DNA of 64,000 nucleotides from an uncultured beta proteobacterium (GCA_903905655.1 CAIVHG010000036.1:10142-74141), one strand, 5' to 3'; positions 10,848 through 26,540 are shown, counted from the stretch's first letter. Notes: generated from the sequence alone by a model not told the origin. Program-made: numbers and translations.

Positions 10848-11600
10848 ATGCAGAGGGTCATCATCAGCGGCGCGTCGAGCGGCATCGGTGCAGCGCTCGC
10901 GCGCGGTTACGCAAAGCGTGGCGCGATCCTCGGCCTGATGGCACGGCGCGGCGCCGAACTCGAACGCCTCGCCGGCGAATTCAAGACACCCACATTTGTC
11001 TACCCTGTGGATGTGCGCGATAGCGCAGCGCTCGCGGCCGCAGCACACGACTTCATCACGCGCTCGGGAAATCCTGACATCGTTATCGCGAACGCCGGGA
11101 TCAGCGTCGGCACTCTGACCGAGTTTGCCGAGGATATCTCCACTTTTCAGAAGGTGCTGGATACCAATGTGCTGGGGATGGTCCGCACCTTCCAGCCCTT
11201 CCTCGCGGGCATGCGCGCTAACGGCCGCGGCACGCTCGTAGGAATCTCCAGCGTTGCAGGCTATCGCGGGCTTCCCGGGGGCGCCGCGTACTCCGCGTCC
11301 AAGGCTGCGGCGATCTCATATCTGGAGAGCCTGCGCGTGGAACTGCGCGCCAGTGGCGTCAAAGTGCTCACGGTGTGTCCGGGTTACATCGCAACCCCGA
11401 TGACGGCACAGAACCCCTATCCGATGCCGTTCCTATTAAGCGCCGAGCAAGCCGCAAAGAAGATCGCCAGCCTGGTAGAGCGGGGCAGCGCTTATGCAGT
11501 CATCCCGTGGCAAATGGCGATCGTAGCGCGCCTGCTGCACGTGATGCCTAACTGGCTGTACGATTGGGCGTTCGCACACGCGCCACGCAAGCCACGCTGA
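10848..11600 (+). CDS. short-chain dehydrogenase/reductase (SDR) family oxidoreductase
   Basis: 250 aa. Rossmann motif ISGASSGIGAALA, NAG motif, catalytic YSASKAA. Confidence 0.85.
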   Translation: MQRVIISGASSGIGAALARGYAKRGAILGLMARRGAELERLAGEFKTPTFVYPVDVRDSAALAAAAHDFITRSGNPDIVIANAGISVGTLTEFAEDISTFQKVLDTNVLGMVRTFQPFLAGMRANGRGTLVGISSVAGYRGLPGGAAYSASKAAAISYLESLRVELRASGVKVLTVCPGYIATPMTAQNPYPMPFLLSAEQAAKKIASLVERGSAYAVIPWQMAIVARLLHVMPNWLYDWAFAHAPRKPR

Positions 11601-11633
11601 TCCTCACGCTATGCAGCTTAAGACAGGCTGCAG

Positions 11634-13460
11634 TTACTCAACAGTCACGGATTTCGCCAGATTGCGCGGTTTATCGACATCGTTACCGCGAACCAATGCG
11701 GCATGATAGGCGAGCAGTTGCAGCGGGATGGTATGCAGAATGGGGCTGAGTATGCCGGCGTGATCGGGAAGCTCGATGACGTGCATGCCTTCACTGGGTT
11801 CGATGTGCGCGTTTTGATCGGCCAGCACATACAGTTCGCCACCGCGCGCGCGCACTTCCTGCATGTTCGACTTGAGCTTCTCGATCAGCGCGTCGCCGGG
11901 TGCAATCGCCACCACCGGCATGTCGCGGTCCACCAGTGCCAGTGGGCCGTGCTTGAGCTCTCCCGCGGGGTAAGCCTCAGCGTGAACGTACGAGATTTCC
12001 TTGAGCTTAAGCGCACCTTCCATCGCAATCGGGTAATGGATGCCGCGCCCCAAAAACAGCGCGTGCTCACTCTTGGCAAAGCGCCCGGCCCATTTTTTCA
12101 CCAGCGGCTCAACCAGCAGCACATGCGACAAGGCGGCCGGGAGGTGGCGCATCGCTTCCAATAGCGTGCGCTCCCGATCAGTGCTGATGCGTCCGCGCTG
12201 CTTGGCCAGCACCAGGGTCAGCAGCACCAGAGCCGTCAACTGAGTGGTAAATGCCTTAGTGGAAGCGACGCCTATTTCAGGACCGGCACGCGTCAGGAAG
12301 CGTAGGTCTGAGGCCCGCACCAATGCGCTCTCCGCGACATTGCAGATGGCCAGACGAAATTCGTGGCCCAGGCTCTTGGCGAGTTCGAGCGCTGCGAGCG
12401 TGTCAGCAGTCTCTCCCGACTGCGAAATGGTAACCACCAGCGCCCGCGGGTTCGGTACCGGATCGCGGTAGCGGTATTCGCTGGCAATCTCGACGTTGCA
12501 TGGAATTCCGGCGATCGCCTCTATCCAATACCGGGCGACCACTCCGGCGTGATAGCTCGTGCCGCATGCCAATATCAGCACGCTGTCGACTTTACTCAAC
12601 ACTGCACTTGCGCCTACGCCAAAGAGTTCCGGAGAGAGCGACTGGGCGTTGACGACCATCTCCAGCGTATTTGCCACCGCGCCCGGCTGCTCGAAGATCT
12701 CTTTCTGCATAAAATGCTGGTACGGCCCAAGCCCCACGGCATCCGCGCTCATCTCGCTCACGTGCACCGCACGCTCGACTGGCTTGCCATGCGCGTCGCT
12801 GATGTGCAGGTCGCGCACAGTAATCTCGGCCACGTCGCCGTCCTGGAGATAGATCATGTTGCGCGTAACCTGCAGCAGTGCAGAGGCATCGGAGGCCGCG
12901 AAATTCTCTCCTGCACCAACCCCCAGCAGCAAGGGCACGCCCATGCGCGCCACGACCATGCGATGAGGATCGCTGTCGCGCAGGACCGCGATCGCGTACG
13001 CCCCTTCAAGTTCGCTCACGGTTGCGCGCACCGCCCCTACCAAATCGTCCCCATGTTCCAGGCGCGCGTGAATCAAATGTGCAATGACTTCGCTGTCGGT
13101 ATCCGATGTGAATTCGTAGCCCCGCGATATCAATCGCGTGCGTATGGCCTGGTGATTCTCGATGATACCGTTATGCACCACCGCGATGCCGCCGCTCACG
13201 TGCGGATGCGCATTGCGTTCCGAAGGCGCGCCATGGGTCGCCCAGCGCGTGTGCGCGATCCCGATGTTGCCGTTTAAATTATTTTCTCCAGCGAGCGCCG
13301 CCAATGCGCTGACGCGGCCGGCGCTGCGCAATCTTTTAAGCCCGCCGTCGATCACCGCCATGCCGGCCGAATCGTAGCCGCGATATTCCAGCTGCGTCAG
13401 GCCTTCGAGCAAAACGGGGACGATATTACGCGCGGAGACGGCTCCGACTATTCCACACAT
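11634..13460 (-). CDS. glmS: glutamine--fructose-6-phosphate aminotransferase
   Basis: 608 aa. Ntn-amidotransferase start MCGIVGAV, two SIS domains, canonical C-terminus KSVTVE. Confidence 0.97.
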   Translation of the reverse strand: MCGIVGAVSARNIVPVLLEGLTQLEYRGYDSAGMAVIDGGLKRLRSAGRVSALAALAGENNLNGNIGIAHTRWATHGAPSERNAHPHVSGGIAVVHNGIIENHQAIRTRLISRGYEFTSDTDSEVIAHLIHARLEHGDDLVGAVRATVSELEGAYAIAVLRDSDPHRMVVARMGVPLLLGVGAGENFAASDASALLQVTRNMIYLQDGDVAEITVRDLHISDAHGKPVERAVHVSEMSADAVGLGPYQHFMQKEIFEQPGAVANTLEMVVNAQSLSPELFGVGASAVLSKVDSVLILACGTSYHAGVVARYWIEAIAGIPCNVEIASEYRYRDPVPNPRALVVTISQSGETADTLAALELAKSLGHEFRLAICNVAESALVRASDLRFLTRAGPEIGVASTKAFTTQLTALVLLTLVLAKQRGRISTDRERTLLEAMRHLPAALSHVLLVEPLVKKWAGRFAKSEHALFLGRGIHYPIAMEGALKLKEISYVHAEAYPAGELKHGPLALVDRDMPVVAIAPGDALIEKLKSNMQEVRARGGELYVLADQNAHIEPSEGMHVIELPDHAGILSPILHTIPLQLLAYHAALVRGNDVDKPRNLAKSVTVE

Positions 13461-13481
13461 GATTCACTCACAATCCGTAAC

Positions 13482-14855
13482 TCACTTTGTGCGCTTCGCC
13501 GCTTTTCGCGGGCGCTTCCAGTTGGCAATCGAGGTCTGTTTTGTCCGCGACAAGGTGAGTTCTCCGGGCGGCGTATCGCGAGTGATGGTGCTGCCGGCGC
13601 CGATGGTGGAACCACGCCCGACCGTGACCGGGGCAACGAGCTGAGTATCTGAGCCGATGAAGACATCGTCCTCGATCACCGTCCGGTGCTTGTCGGCGCC
13701 GTCGTAGTTGCAGGTGATAGTGCCGGCGCCGACATTCACGTCGCGTCCCATGCTGGTGTCTCCGATGTACGCCAGATGATTTGCCTTGGAGCCACTGCCG
13801 ATCGTGGAAGCCTTGACCTCGACGAAATTCCCGATATGCACGTCGTTTGCCAGCTCGGTGCCGGGACGAATGCGCGCGTAAGGTCCGATGATGCAATTCT
13901 CGCTGATGATCGCGCCGTCGATAAAGCTAAAGGGCTCGACGCGCGTCGCCGCTCCGATGCGCGTATTGCGGATCACGCAGTTGGCGCCAATGTTCACGCC
14001 TGCGCCCAGTTCCACCTCGCCTTCGAACACGCAATTGACGTCAATGCGCACATCCGTTGCGCAGCGCAGCTCGCCGCGGACGTCGATACGCGCAGGGTCG
14101 GTCAGTGTCACTCCCGCATCGAGCAGGCCAGACGCAGTCCGGCGTTGGTGGATGCGCTCGAGTTCGGCCAATTGCTCCTTGGTATTGACGCCCATAACTT
14201 CCCACGGCGCAGCCGGCGCGCGCGCCTCGACGTGCACACCGTCGGCGATTGCCATGGCGATGACATCGGTGAGATAGTACTCACCCTGCGCATTGCGATT
14301 GGAAAGACGGCCCAGCCAAGCGGCTAACCTGGTCCCCGGCAGTAGCATGATGCCGGTATTGATTTCTGCGATGCGCCGCTGTTCCTCGCTCGCATCCTTT
14401 TGTTCCACGATTGCCCTGATCTCACCCTTGGCGTCGCGCACGATGCGGCCATAGCCCGCCGGATCACTTAGCTTGACCGTCACCAGTCTCACCCGTTCGC
14501 CACCCCCAGCGATAAGCTCAGTCAGCGTAGCCACGCTGATCAAAGGCACATCGCCGTACAACACCAGCACGTCCCCGCCAGCCTCGAGCTCGGGCAGCGC
14601 CTGCTGGAGTGCGTGCCCGGTGCCGAGCTGGGGCTCCTGCTTAGCGAATCGCAAATCGGATGCAGCCAGTGCGGCTGGCACCTGCTCGCCGCCATGCCCG
14701 TAGACCACGCAGATGCGAGCCGGCTTGAGGGCCCGTGCGGTTCCGATCACGTGCGCGAGCAACGGCCGGCCGGCCAGCGGATGCAATACCTTCGGCAGGC
14801 TTGAGTGCATGCGCTTGCCCTGCCCGGCGGCCAAGATAACGACATTGAGTCCCAT
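13482..14855 (-). CDS. glmU: bifunctional UDP-GlcNAc pyrophosphorylase / GlcN-1-P acetyltransferase
   Basis: Start placed at ATG 14855 ([16 protein letters not shown], the typical GlmU N-terminus). The ORF-track start at 14936 adds 27 Arg/Ala-rich residues. The C-terminal half is left-handed beta-helix hexapeptide repeats. Confidence 0.93.
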   Translation of the reverse strand: MGLNVVILAAGQGKRMHSSLPKVLHPLAGRPLLAHVIGTARALKPARICVVYGHGGEQVPAALAASDLRFAKQEPQLGTGHALQQALPELEAGGDVLVLYGDVPLISVATLTELIAGGGERVRLVTVKLSDPAGYGRIVRDAKGEIRAIVEQKDASEEQRRIAEINTGIMLLPGTRLAAWLGRLSNRNAQGEYYLTDVIAMAIADGVHVEARAPAAPWEVMGVNTKEQLAELERIHQRRTASGLLDAGVTLTDPARIDVRGELRCATDVRIDVNCVFEGEVELGAGVNIGANCVIRNTRIGAATRVEPFSFIDGAIISENCIIGPYARIRPGTELANDVHIGNFVEVKASTIGSGSKANHLAYIGDTSMGRDVNVGAGTITCNYDGADKHRTVIEDDVFIGSDTQLVAPVTVGRGSTIGAGSTITRDTPPGELTLSRTKQTSIANWKRPRKAAKRTK

Positions 14856-15146
14856 GCGCGAATTATCGCATATCAACGTTCTCAAGCGCGCGTGCACAGC
14901 GCTGAACCCAGCGTGCGCGCGCCTAGCCGGACGCAATTCATCGGTAAACCTGCTTTGCTATGCTCCCCGCTGCTCTGCCTGGGCCAGGCACGCTATTTTG
15001 CTGGCGCAGAATCAACGAGCAAAAGTAACGGGGGCAACGCGTCTTTCAGCGTGCGCGGTGCGTGGAAACGCGGAATAACCTGCAGAGGAAGATCGTGATG
15101 AGCGGTTTACAACGAAACCGCCTCGCATACAGCGAGGGGGTACCGG

Positions 15147-15563
15147 TTATTTCTTACGCAATTTGCGGATCGCGGCGATCTGCGCAGCCATGACTGCGAA
15201 TTCCGATTCCGCCTTGGCGAAATCGATGTCGCTCTTGGCATTGGCCATGGCTTCCTTGGCGCGCTGCTGCGCTTCCTGCGCCTTGGCTTCATCGAGATCG
15301 TGCCCGCGGATCGCGGTGTCCGCCAGCACCGTCACTACGTTGGGCTGCACTTCCAAAATGCCGCCGGCGACGAATACCAGCTCTTCCTCTCCGCCGGGCA
15401 GCCGGATGCGTACCGCGCCCATCTTAATGCGCGTCATGAGCGGGGTGTGGCGCGGATAAATGCCGAGCTCGCCTGCCTCACCGGGGAGGACGACAAACTC
15501 CGCTTCGCCGGAGAATATCTGCGCCTCCGCGCTAACTACGTCTACGTGTATGGTGTTGGCCAT
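15147..15563 (-). CDS. atpC: F1 ATP synthase subunit epsilon
   Basis: 138 aa. Last gene of the atp operon. Beta-sandwich plus helical-hairpin pattern (VDVVSAE..IFSG...). Confidence 0.93.
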   Translation of the reverse strand: MANTIHVDVVSAEAQIFSGEAEFVVLPGEAGELGIYPRHTPLMTRIKMGAVRIRLPGGEEELVFVAGGILEVQPNVVTVLADTAIRGHDLDEAKAQEAQQRAKEAMANAKSDIDFAKAESEFAVMAAQIAAIRKLRKK

Positions 15564-15614
15564 GTGCTTTTTTCAGGCGTAGCGCGCGATAGCATCATCG
15601 CGGCCAGGCATAGT

Positions 15615-17003
<1,389 letters not shown>

Positions 17004-17042
17004 CTAGCGTTAGATCCTGAATTCGGGTCGGTCGGACACCCG

Positions 17043-17906
17043 TCACACCGCGGCTGCGCCGCCGACGATCTCCGACAGTTCCTTGGTAATCGCGGCCTGC
17101 CGGGTCTTGTTGTAGATGAGCGTCAATTCATTTATCACGTTGCCCGCATTGTCGGAGGCGGCTTTCATCGCCACCATGCGCGCCGACTGCTCGGAGGCCA
17201 TATTTTCCGCGACTGCCTGATAGATCAGCGCCTCGGTGTAGCGCTCCAGCACCTGGTCCAGCACCACCTTGGCGTCCGGTTCATAGATGTAATCCCAAGC
17301 GCCTTGCGGCGCGCCGAGCCGCTCGCCGGAAAGCGGCAGCAGCTGCTCCATCACCGGCTCCTGCTTCATGGTGTTGATGAACTTCGTATAGAAGATCATC
17401 ACACGATCGAAGCGATCCTGCCGGTAACCGTCGAGGATTAGCTTGATCGCACCGATCAGTTTCTCCAGGTGCGGGGTGTCGCCCAACCCGACCACATGCG
17501 AGATCACGTGCGCGCCCATGCGCTGCATGAAACCAAAGCCCTTGTTGCCGAGCGTGCACACGTCGAACTGCTCACCCTCTGCTTCCCATTCCTTCATCCT
17601 GCTCATGGCAAGACGCAGCACATTGGTGTTGAGTCCGCCGCACAGCCCTTTGTCGGCGGTCACCACAATGATGCCGATGCGCTTCACCGTGTCGCGCTCG
17701 ACCAGGAAGGGATGGCGGTATTCCGGATTGGCGTGGCTCAAGTGGGCAGCGACGGTGCGTATTTTCTCGCCGTACGGGCGCGATGCCCGCATGCGCTCCT
17801 GCGCCTTGCGCATCTTGGAGGCGGCGACCATCTCCATGGCCTTGGTGATCTTGCGCGTGTTTTGCACGCTGCGGATCTTGGTGCGTATTTCCTTGGAACC
17901 TGCCAT
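17043..17906 (-). CDS. atpG: F1 ATP synthase subunit gamma
   Basis: 287 aa. [36 protein letters not shown] start, C-terminal [15 protein letters not shown]. Confidence 0.97.
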   Translation of the reverse strand: MAGSKEIRTKIRSVQNTRKITKAMEMVAASKMRKAQERMRASRPYGEKIRTVAAHLSHANPEYRHPFLVERDTVKRIGIIVVTADKGLCGGLNTNVLRLAMSRMKEWEAEGEQFDVCTLGNKGFGFMQRMGAHVISHVVGLGDTPHLEKLIGAIKLILDGYRQDRFDRVMIFYTKFINTMKQEPVMEQLLPLSGERLGAPQGAWDYIYEPDAKVVLDQVLERYTEALIYQAVAENMASEQSARMVAMKAASDNAGNVINELTLIYNKTRQAAITKELSEIVGGAAAV

Positions 17907-17950
17907 ATCAGTCGGGGCCCATCGTTATCAGGCGAGCACGAGCCAAATCA

Positions 17951-19492
17951 TCAGTAAGTGCCGTTCTGCTTGAAATCTTTCACAGCGGCGTGCAGGAGCG
18001 CCTCGTCTTCCTTGCTCAGATCCTTGGTTTCCTCAATGCGCTTCACGAGGTCGCCGTATTTGGCCTGGGCGTAATCGCGCAATGCGCGTTCCGCCGCCAG
18101 CGCCTTCTTCACGTCGATATCGTCGAAGTAGCTGTTGTTGACGGCAAACAGCGTAAGCGCCATTTCCCAGACCTGCTGCGGGCGATATTGCGCCTGCTTC
18201 ATGAGCTCGGTCACCATGCGGCCGCGCTCGAGCTGTTTGCGGGTTGCCTCATCCAGATCAGAGGCGAACTGCGCAAACGCCGCCAGCTCGCGATACTGCG
18301 CAAGCGAAAGGCGCACGCCTCCGCCCAGCTTCTTGATCACCTTGGTCTGGGCGGCTCCGCCCACGCGGGAAACCGAAATCCCCGCGTTGATGGCAGGACG
18401 CACGCCCGCATTGAACAGATCCGTTTCCAGAAATATCTGGCCGTCGGTGATGGAGATCACGTTGGTCGGCACGAATGCAGTGACGTCGCCGGCCTGCGTT
18501 TCGATCACCGGCAGCGCGGTGAGCGAGCCCGTCTTGCCCTTAACTTCACCCTTGGTGAACTTCTCCACGTAGTCGGCATTCACGCGTGCCGCACGCTCCA
18601 GCAACCGCGAATGCAGATAGAACACGTCCCCGGGATAGGCTTCGCGTCCGGGCGGACGGCGCAGCAGCAGGGAAACCTGGCGGTAGGCCCACGCCTGTTT
18701 GGTCAAATCGTCGTAAATGATGAGTGCGTCGCGACCGCGGTCGCGGAAGTATTCTCCCATCGTGCAGCCCGAATAGGGCGCGATGTACTGCATCGCTGCG
18801 GACTCGGATGCGGTGGCAGCGACCACGATCGTGTATTCCATCGCGCCGTGCTCTTCGAGTTTCTTGACGACGTTTACGACCGAGGAGGCCTTCTGCCCGA
18901 TCGCGACGTAGACGCAGATCAGGTCCTTGCCCTTCTGGTTGATGATGGTGTCGATCGCAACCGCGGTCTTGCCGGTCTGGCGGTCGCCGATGATGAGTTC
19001 GCGCTGCCCGCGTCCTATCGGCACCATGGAGTCGATCGCCTTCAATCCGGTTTGCACCGGCTGCGACACCGACTGGCGTTCGATCACGCCGGGCGCGACC
19101 TTCTCGATCACATCGGTCATCTTCGCATTGATCGGACCCTTGCCGTCGATCGGCTGGCCGAGCGAGTTGACCACGCGGCCGATCAGTTCCGGACCAACCG
19201 GCACATCCAGAATGCGTCCGGTGCATTTGACCGTATCGCCTTCCGAAATATGTTCGTAGGCGCCGAGCACGACCGCGCCCACCGAGTCGCGCTCGAGGTT
19301 GAGGGCCAGCCCATAGGTCTGCTGCGGGAACTCGAGCATTTCGCCCGCCATCACGTCGGAGAGCCCGTGCACGCGGCAAATGCCGTCGGTCACAGAAATG
19401 ACGGTGCCTTGAGTGCGTGATTCCGTAGTCGCGCCCAGGTTCTGGATGCGGCTTTTGATGAGTTCGCTGATTTCTGACGGATTAAGTTGCAT
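17951..19492 (-). CDS. atpA: F1 ATP synthase subunit alpha
   Basis: 513 aa. Walker [12 protein letters not shown]. Full-length alpha-subunit pattern. Confidence 0.98.
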   Translation of the reverse strand: MQLNPSEISELIKSRIQNLGATTESRTQGTVISVTDGICRVHGLSDVMAGEMLEFPQQTYGLALNLERDSVGAVVLGAYEHISEGDTVKCTGRILDVPVGPELIGRVVNSLGQPIDGKGPINAKMTDVIEKVAPGVIERQSVSQPVQTGLKAIDSMVPIGRGQRELIIGDRQTGKTAVAIDTIINQKGKDLICVYVAIGQKASSVVNVVKKLEEHGAMEYTIVVAATASESAAMQYIAPYSGCTMGEYFRDRGRDALIIYDDLTKQAWAYRQVSLLLRRPPGREAYPGDVFYLHSRLLERAARVNADYVEKFTKGEVKGKTGSLTALPVIETQAGDVTAFVPTNVISITDGQIFLETDLFNAGVRPAINAGISVSRVGGAAQTKVIKKLGGGVRLSLAQYRELAAFAQFASDLDEATRKQLERGRMVTELMKQAQYRPQQVWEMALTLFAVNNSYFDDIDVKKALAAERALRDYAQAKYGDLVKRIEETKDLSKEDEALLHAAVKDFKQNGTY

Positions 19493-19503
19493 CTTGGTGA
19501 CTC

Positions 19504-20040
19504 CTAACGGGTAAGCGCCGCGGACATCGCGTCCAGACGGCCACGCACGCTCGCGTCTAGTACGCGGTCGCCGACTACGATCCTGACGCCGCCGATCAAT
19601 TGCGGATCAACGCTTAAGTGGGGGCGTATTTTGCGCTGATATTTGGATTCCAACTGAGCGACGAGCTCGCTTGCCTGTGCATCGTCGATCGGAAAAGCAG
19701 AGTAGATCTGCGCTTCGAGCACACCCTCGTGTTCGAGCTTGAGATGTTCATACAGCACGCGGATGTCCTTGATTTGCGCGAGGCGGCCGTTCTCGATCAG
19801 CACCTGGACAAAATTACGCCCCGCGCCGTCGAGCTTGTCTCCGCACACGCCCAACACCACCGATTCAAGCTGCGCGCGCTGCACGTTGGGGTTGCCGATC
19901 AAGGCCGCAATACGCTCGTCGCACACCACTTCGACAACCAAGTCGAGCATGCGCGCCCATTGGTCGAGCGCAGCGCGCTCTACGGCAAGCTTGTAGGCGG
20001 CCTGCGCATAGGGACGTGCGACGGTAATTGATTCTGCCAT
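19504..20040 (-). CDS. atpH: F1 ATP synthase subunit delta (OSCP)
   Basis: 178 aa. [10 protein letters not shown] start typical of delta. Operon position between atpF and atpA. Confidence 0.93.
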   Translation of the reverse strand: MAESITVARPYAQAAYKLAVERAALDQWARMLDLVVEVVCDERIAALIGNPNVQRAQLESVVLGVCGDKLDGAGRNFVQVLIENGRLAQIKDIRVLYEHLKLEHEGVLEAQIYSAFPIDDAQASELVAQLESKYQRKIRPHLSVDPQLIGGVRIVVGDRVLDASVRGRLDAMSAALTR

Positions 20041-20049
20041 GGCTTTCGC

Positions 20050-20520
20050 TTAGAGCTGGGCCTGTACTGCGCGCAGCAAGTCTGCGTGCACTTTGGCATC
20101 GACTTCACGGCGCAGGATTTGTTCGGCACCGGCCACGGCGAGATTGGCCACCTGGGTGCGCAGGGCTTCCTTGGCGCGCAGCACTTCCTGATTGATCTCT
20201 GCCTTAGCGCCAGCGATGATCCGGTCGCCCTCGGTCTTGGCTGCGCTCTTCGCCTCGTCGATGATCTGCGCTGCGCGCTTGTCCGCGACCGCCAGCAACT
20301 CCTGCACTCTAGTGCGCGCCTCGTGCAGAAATTCCTCGCTGCGTTTGGCAGCCTGCTCGAGCTCCTGCTTGCCACGCTCGCCGGCGGCAAGACCGTCGGC
20401 AATCTGCTCCTGCCGATCCTGCATCGCCTTCTTGAGCGGCGGCCAGACATACTTCATCGTGATCCAGATGAAGAGAGCAAACCAGATCGCCTGGCCAATT
20501 AGTGTAGCGTTGATGTTCAC
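20050..20520 (-). CDS. atpF: F0 ATP synthase subunit b
   Basis: 156 aa. N-terminal TM helix followed by a long charged coiled coil. Operon position. Confidence 0.93.
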   Translation of the reverse strand: MNINATLIGQAIWFALFIWITMKYVWPPLKKAMQDRQEQIADGLAAGERGKQELEQAAKRSEEFLHEARTRVQELLAVADKRAAQIIDEAKSAAKTEGDRIIAGAKAEINQEVLRAKEALRTQVANLAVAGAEQILRREVDAKVHADLLRAVQAQL

Positions 20521-20549
20521 GCGGGTCTCCTGCTCCGTCTACTAACGAA

Positions 20550-20816
<267 letters not shown>

Positions 20817-20851
20817 TTACTCCCTCTTAAAGTACGTTAAATCAAGACCGG

Positions 20852-22025
<1,174 letters not shown>

Positions 22026-22286
22026 TACAAAGACTTAAATTTTATTATGTAGCCGCCTCATGTGTCAACGAAACCCTGACAACAGGTCGCAGAGACCGGT
22101 GGCTTGGGCCCCAAAGATGGCGCCGGAGCTGGGGTTGTGAGCCGCGCAGTCGCCCGGCGGGCCGTTCTCAACATTGACCACGGCCGCACCTGAAACGTAC
22201 GGATTTACCTACGCGAATCCTGCGACATGCCTGGAGATATGACGCCGCGATCAACCCGGCGCGGACGATTCGTCCCCAGCTGATTT

Positions 22287-23135
22287 CTATAGCCGCGCCA
22301 GGATGGCATCGAGTTGGTCGAGCGTTCGGTAGTTGATAATCAACTTGCCGCTGCCCTTTTTGGCTGCAGGCTTTATGTTCACTCGGGTGCCAAGCCGCTG
22401 CGATAGCTCCTCCTCCAGGCGCAGGGTATCGCGATCTGTGGTGCGGCGACCGCGCGCAGTGCTCATGCCTTTCACGAGCTTGCCCACCATGCGCTCGGCC
22501 TCGCGCACCGAGAGCCCGCGCTCTGCGATCAGGCGCGCGGTGTCAATCTGTTGCATACCTGAGAGTGCGAGCAATGCCCGCGCGTGCCCCATATCGAGTC
22601 TGCCCTGCTGCACCAGCTCCCGCACCGGCGCAGCCAGAGCGAGCAACCGGAGCAGGTTGCTGACTGCGCTGCGCGAGCGTCCAACCATCTCCGCGGCCTG
22701 GTCGTGGGTCATCTTGAATTCCGCGATCAGGCGCTGGATGCCAGACGCCTGCTCGATCGGGTCCAAGTCCTCGCGCTGAATGTTTTCCACCAACGCCATA
22801 ACCAATGCCGCGTTGTCGTCGACGTCGCGCACCACCACCGGCACTGCGGCCAACCCGGCAAGCCGGGCAGCACGCCAGCGCCGTTCGCCGGCGATGATCT
22901 CATAGCGCCCATTTTCGATGGGGCGCACGAGTATAGGCTGCATCACGCCTTGCGCCTTGACGGAAGAGGCAAGTTCCAGAAGTGCACTCTCGTCCAGGTG
23001 CGTGCGCGGCTGATATTTGCCTGGCCCGAGGAGATCGACGCTGAGTTCAGTCTGCCGTTCGCTGCGTGTCGCCTGCGGTCGATCCTCGCCGAGCAGCGCG
23101 TCGAGCCCACGGCCCAACGCCTTTAATTTCGCCAT
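22287..23135 (-). CDS. parB: chromosome partitioning protein ParB
   Basis: 282 aa. GRGLDALLG N-terminus, ParB-box IIAGERRWRAA, HTH region. Confidence 0.95.
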   Translation of the reverse strand: MAKLKALGRGLDALLGEDRPQATRSERQTELSVDLLGPGKYQPRTHLDESALLELASSVKAQGVMQPILVRPIENGRYEIIAGERRWRAARLAGLAAVPVVVRDVDDNAALVMALVENIQREDLDPIEQASGIQRLIAEFKMTHDQAAEMVGRSRSAVSNLLRLLALAAPVRELVQQGRLDMGHARALLALSGMQQIDTARLIAERGLSVREAERMVGKLVKGMSTARGRRTTDRDTLRLEEELSQRLGTRVNIKPAAKKGSGKLIINYRTLDQLDAILARL

Positions 23136-23246
23136 AATGTCAGCCTCAAGAGTTCAGTAGTTGCGTTGCCCCAGCTTACCGTTTTAGACGCCCAATAATA
23201 TTTTTGAACTGCGCCGTCCCAGACCTAGTAGCACGCCCTAATCCCG

Positions 23247-24020
23247 CTACGCTTCTGCTGCGATACGGTTGAGCATTTCCCCGGCAAGGGCGAGATAGGC
23301 CTGCGCGCCCTTCGAATTCTTGTCGAATACCAGCACTGGCAACCCGTGGCTGGGGGCTTCTGCCAAGCGCACGTTGCGCGGGATCACCGTACGATAGACC
23401 TTGTCGCCGAAATGCTGCTGCAGCTGGGCCGAGACCTGCTGCGCAAGCGAGTTACGCGGGTCATACATGGTCCTCAGCAGGCCTTCGATTTCGAGTTGCG
23501 GGTTCAAATTAGCCCGCACCTTCTTGACCGTCTGCACCAGATCGCTCAGCCCTTCGAGCGCATAATATTCGCATTGCATGGGGATCAAAACCGCCCGCGC
23601 CGCACACAGCCCGTTGAGCGTGAGGAGGTTCAATGCCGGCGGACAATCGATCAGGATAAAATCGTATTCATCCAGCACGGGGGCGAGCGCTGATTTCAAC
23701 CGGGTTTCACGCTGCTCGAACGTGATGAGCTCGATTTCCGCTCCCGCAAGCTCGCGGTTCGCGGGCAGCGCGTCATAATTGCCGCTCTCCGAGCGCACGC
23801 GTGCGCTGGCAATATCGGTTTCGCCTAGCAGCACCTGATACACCGTCTTCTCTAGTGTGCGCTTTTCGATCCCGCTTCCGGTCGTGGCGTTGCCCTGCGG
23901 ATCCAGGTCGATCAGCAAAACCCGTTGACGGGTCGCAGCCAGGCTCGCGGAGAGATTGACGGCGGTCGTCGTCTTGCCTACGCCGCCCTTTTGATTGGTA
24001 ATCGCCAGAACTCTAGCCAT
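23247..24020 (-). CDS. parA: chromosome partitioning ATPase ParA (Soj)
   Basis: 257 aa. Deviant Walker A NQKGGVGKTTT. Confidence 0.95.
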   Translation of the reverse strand: MARVLAITNQKGGVGKTTTAVNLSASLAATRQRVLLIDLDPQGNATTGSGIEKRTLEKTVYQVLLGETDIASARVRSESGNYDALPANRELAGAEIELITFEQRETRLKSALAPVLDEYDFILIDCPPALNLLTLNGLCAARAVLIPMQCEYYALEGLSDLVQTVKKVRANLNPQLEIEGLLRTMYDPRNSLAQQVSAQLQQHFGDKVYRTVIPRNVRLAEAPSHGLPVLVFDKNSKGAQAYLALAGEMLNRIAAEA

Positions 24021-24024
24021 GGGT

Positions 24025-24651
24025 CTAGCCTCGATGCTCGATGATCACGAGATGGCGCTCAGCGTCCAGCCCAGGCACGGCAAGCGGAACAATCTTACGC
24101 ACTCTGAACTCGGGTGGAAGCTGCGCAAGCTCAGCCGCCGGGTCGGTGCCTTTCATGGCAGCGAGCATACCGCCCGGCAAACAGGTATGCCCGGCTTGCG
24201 CTACAAACTTGTTGATCGCAGAAAAGGCGCGCGTGATCACAAGCTCGAAAGCGCGAGTCGGGCGCCAGTTCTCGATGCGTTCGCATATGACAACGGCATT
24301 ATTGATGCCAAGCTCGATGAGCGCCTGGCGCATAAACGCGGCCTTCTTGTGGTTGGCATCGAGCAGCGTCACCTGGGCCTGCGGCCATTGGATTGCGAGA
24401 GGTATGCCGGGAAGGCCGGCGCCGCTGCCAACGTCGAGGACCTGCTGCGCGGCGACGTGCGGGACGACGGCCAAGCTGTCGAGCAGATGGTGACTTACCA
24501 TCTGCAACGGGTCGCGTATCGCAGTCAGATTGTGCACTCGATTCCAGCGCGCGATCAATTCGATGTAATCCAGCAGCTTGCGCTGGCTCGCCGCAGGCGT
24601 ATTTAGCCCGAGCGCGGCGATGCCGCACGCAAGCTGCTCGGCCGCGCTCAT
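24025..24651 (-). CDS. rsmG: 16S rRNA (guanine527-N7)-methyltransferase
   Basis: 208 aa. SAM motif [16 protein letters not shown]. Its ATG overlaps the mnmG stop by 4 nt (ATGA). Confidence 0.93.
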   Translation of the reverse strand: MSAAEQLACGIAALGLNTPAASQRKLLDYIELIARWNRVHNLTAIRDPLQMVSHHLLDSLAVVPHVAAQQVLDVGSGAGLPGIPLAIQWPQAQVTLLDANHKKAAFMRQALIELGINNAVVICERIENWRPTRAFELVITRAFSAINKFVAQAGHTCLPGGMLAAMKGTDPAAELAQLPPEFRVRKIVPLAVPGLDAERHLVIIEHRG

Positions 24652-26540
24652 GCGGATTTCTGCAGACCGCCAAAACCGCGCTTTAAATGCACCAACAGGA
24701 GCGAGATCGCCGCCGGCGTGACGCCGGACATGCGAGCCGCCTGGCCCAGAGTCTCCGGCTGCTGCTGATTCAACTTCTGTTGCACTTCGATCGAAAGGCC
24801 GCGCACGAGCCGGTAATCGAGGTCCTGCGGCAGGCGCGTCGTCTCGAGAGCCGCCTGGCGCGTAACCTCCTCCTGCTGGCGCTCGATATAGCCGTGATAT
24901 TTGCTGTGAATTTCAATTTGCTGCACGACCTGCGCATCTACCACCCCAGGCCCTGCGCTCGGCAGCGTCATCAATGCCTCGTAAGTCACACCGGGACGCC
25001 GCAATAGATCGAACAGCGTGTAAGAGCGCTCCATCCCCTGACCGAGCACGCGCTCGCAATCGTGGGCCGCGACCACTTTGGGATTGATCCAGGTGCATTT
25101 GATGCGCTCAAGCTCGCGGCTCAGCGTTTCGCGCTTGCGCTCAAATCGCTCCCACCGCGCATCGCCCACCACGCCCAGCGCGCGGCCGATCTCTGTAAGA
25201 CGCAAGTCGGCATTGTCTTCGCGCAGACTCAGGCGATATTCCGCGCGGCTCGTGAACATGCGATAGGGCTCAGAAACGCCGCGCGTGATGAGGTCGTCCA
25301 CCAGCACTCCGAGATACGCTTCATTGCGCTGCGGACACCATGCCGGCTCATCAGTCGCCAAGCGCGCCGCATTGATGCCAGCCAGCACGCCCTGCGCGGC
25401 AGCCTCCTCGTATCCGGTGGTGCCGTTGATCTGGCCCGCGAAGAACAGGCCCGGGATCGCCTTCGTCTCCAATGAACTCTTCAGCGCACGCGGATCGAAG
25501 TAGTCGTATTCAATCGCGTAGCCGGGACGGGTCAGATGAGCACGCTCTAGTCCCGGGATTGAGTGCACCAGCTCAAGCTGCACATCGAACGGCAGGCTCG
25601 TCGAGATGCCGTTGGGATAGAACTCAGAAACAGTCAGCCCCTCCGGCTCGAGAAATATCTGATGGCTCTCCTTGCCCGCGAAGCGCGTGATCTTGTCTTC
25701 GATGGAAGGGCAATAGCGCGGCCCAATGCCTTCGATCACCCCCGTATACATAGGCGAACGGTCTAGACCGCCGCGGATGATCTCGTGCGTCCGTGCGCTC
25801 GTATGCGTGATCCAGCAGGAGACCTGGCGCGGGTGTTCATGCGGCGAGCCAAAAAAAGAAAACACCGGCGCCGGCGCGTCGCCCGGTTGCTCCAATAAGC
25901 GCGAAAAATCGATCGTGTGCCCGTCGATGCGCGGAGGGGTACCGGTCTTGAGGCGCCCCGCGGGAAGCTTAAGTTCACGCAATAATCGCGCAAGCCCGGT
26001 AGCCGCGGGATCTCCTGCGCGGCCCGCCTCGAAGTTCCGCAATCCCACATGCACGCGCCCCGCCAGAAAGGTGCCAGTGGTGAGCACCACGGCAGGGGCC
26101 ATGAATCGAATCCCGACCTGAGTAACGACTCCCGCTACACGCTCGCCCTCGAGCACCAAATCTTCAACAGTTTGCTGAAAAATCAACAAATTAGGTTGAT
26201 TCTCCAAACGTCTCCGGATCGCCTGCCGATAGAGCACGCGATCGGCTTGTGCCCGCGTTGCACGAACCGCCGGCCCTTTGCTTGAATTAAGGATGCGAAA
26301 TTGAATGCCCGCCTCATCGGTCGCGCTTGCCATCGCCCCATCCAGCGCGTCGATCTCCTTAACCAAATGTCCTTTGCCAATCCCACCGATAGAAGGGTTG
26401 CATGACATTTGCCCTAAAGTTTCAATGCTTTGGGTGATCAACAACGTGCGTTGCCCGAGGCGCGCGCTAGCCAAAGCCGCCTCAGTGCCTGCGTGGCCGC
26501 CGCCCACCACGATGACATCAAAATCTTGTGTCGCGTCCAT
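24648..26540 (-). CDS. mnmG: tRNA uridine 5-carboxymethylaminomethyl modification enzyme MnmG (GidA)
   Basis: 630 aa. FAD motif [14 protein letters not shown]. Full-length GidA pattern. Confidence 0.97.
   Translation of the reverse strand: MDATQDFDVIVVGGGHAGTEAALASARLGQRTLLITQSIETLGQMSCNPSIGGIGKGHLVKEIDALDGAMASATDEAGIQFRILNSSKGPAVRATRAQADRVLYRQAIRRRLENQPNLLIFQQTVEDLVLEGERVAGVVTQVGIRFMAPAVVLTTGTFLAGRVHVGLRNFEAGRAGDPAATGLARLLRELKLPAGRLKTGTPPRIDGHTIDFSRLLEQPGDAPAPVFSFFGSPHEHPRQVSCWITHTSARTHEIIRGGLDRSPMYTGVIEGIGPRYCPSIEDKITRFAGKESHQIFLEPEGLTVSEFYPNGISTSLPFDVQLELVHSIPGLERAHLTRPGYAIEYDYFDPRALKSSLETKAIPGLFFAGQINGTTGYEEAAAQGVLAGINAARLATDEPAWCPQRNEAYLGVLVDDLITRGVSEPYRMFTSRAEYRLSLREDNADLRLTEIGRALGVVGDARWERFERKRETLSRELERIKCTWINPKVVAAHDCERVLGQGMERSYTLFDLLRRPGVTYEALMTLPSAGPGVVDAQVVQQIEIHSKYHGYIERQQEEVTRQAALETTRLPQDLDYRLVRGLSIEVQQKLNQQQPETLGQAARMSGVTPAAISLLLVHLKRGFGGLQKSA

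Noticed and set aside
11612-11632. 6-bp stem hairpin (TGCAGC-9 nt-GCTGCA) between the convergent SDR gene and glmS as a bidirectional terminator
   Set aside because: The stem is too short and the loop too large. There is no U-tract on either strand.
13482-14936. Longest-ORF starts taken at face value (glmU 14936, mnmE 27975, DUF4390 gene 43329, EthD gene 59133, EVE gene 63029, dsbA 9411)
   Set aside because: In each case the extension is Arg/Ala/Pro-rich, overlaps a neighbouring gene or a terminator, and an internal ATG with an RBS restores the family-typical N-terminus. The shorter starts are reported instead.
14976-14990. 15-bp palindrome TGCCTGGGCCAGGCA about 120 nt upstream of glmU
   Set aside because: It is short and GC-rich, of a kind expected by chance in this composition, with no second copy or associated regulator seen. 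Not reported as a feature.
17990-19420. 476-aa ORF on the plus strand covering almost all of atpA in antisense
   Set aside because: It lies entirely inside a gene with unmistakable AtpA identity. Its composition (R/A/G/D/H/L-rich, no recognisable motif) is typical of stop-codon-poor antisense frames in GC-rich DNA. It has no RBS or independent context.
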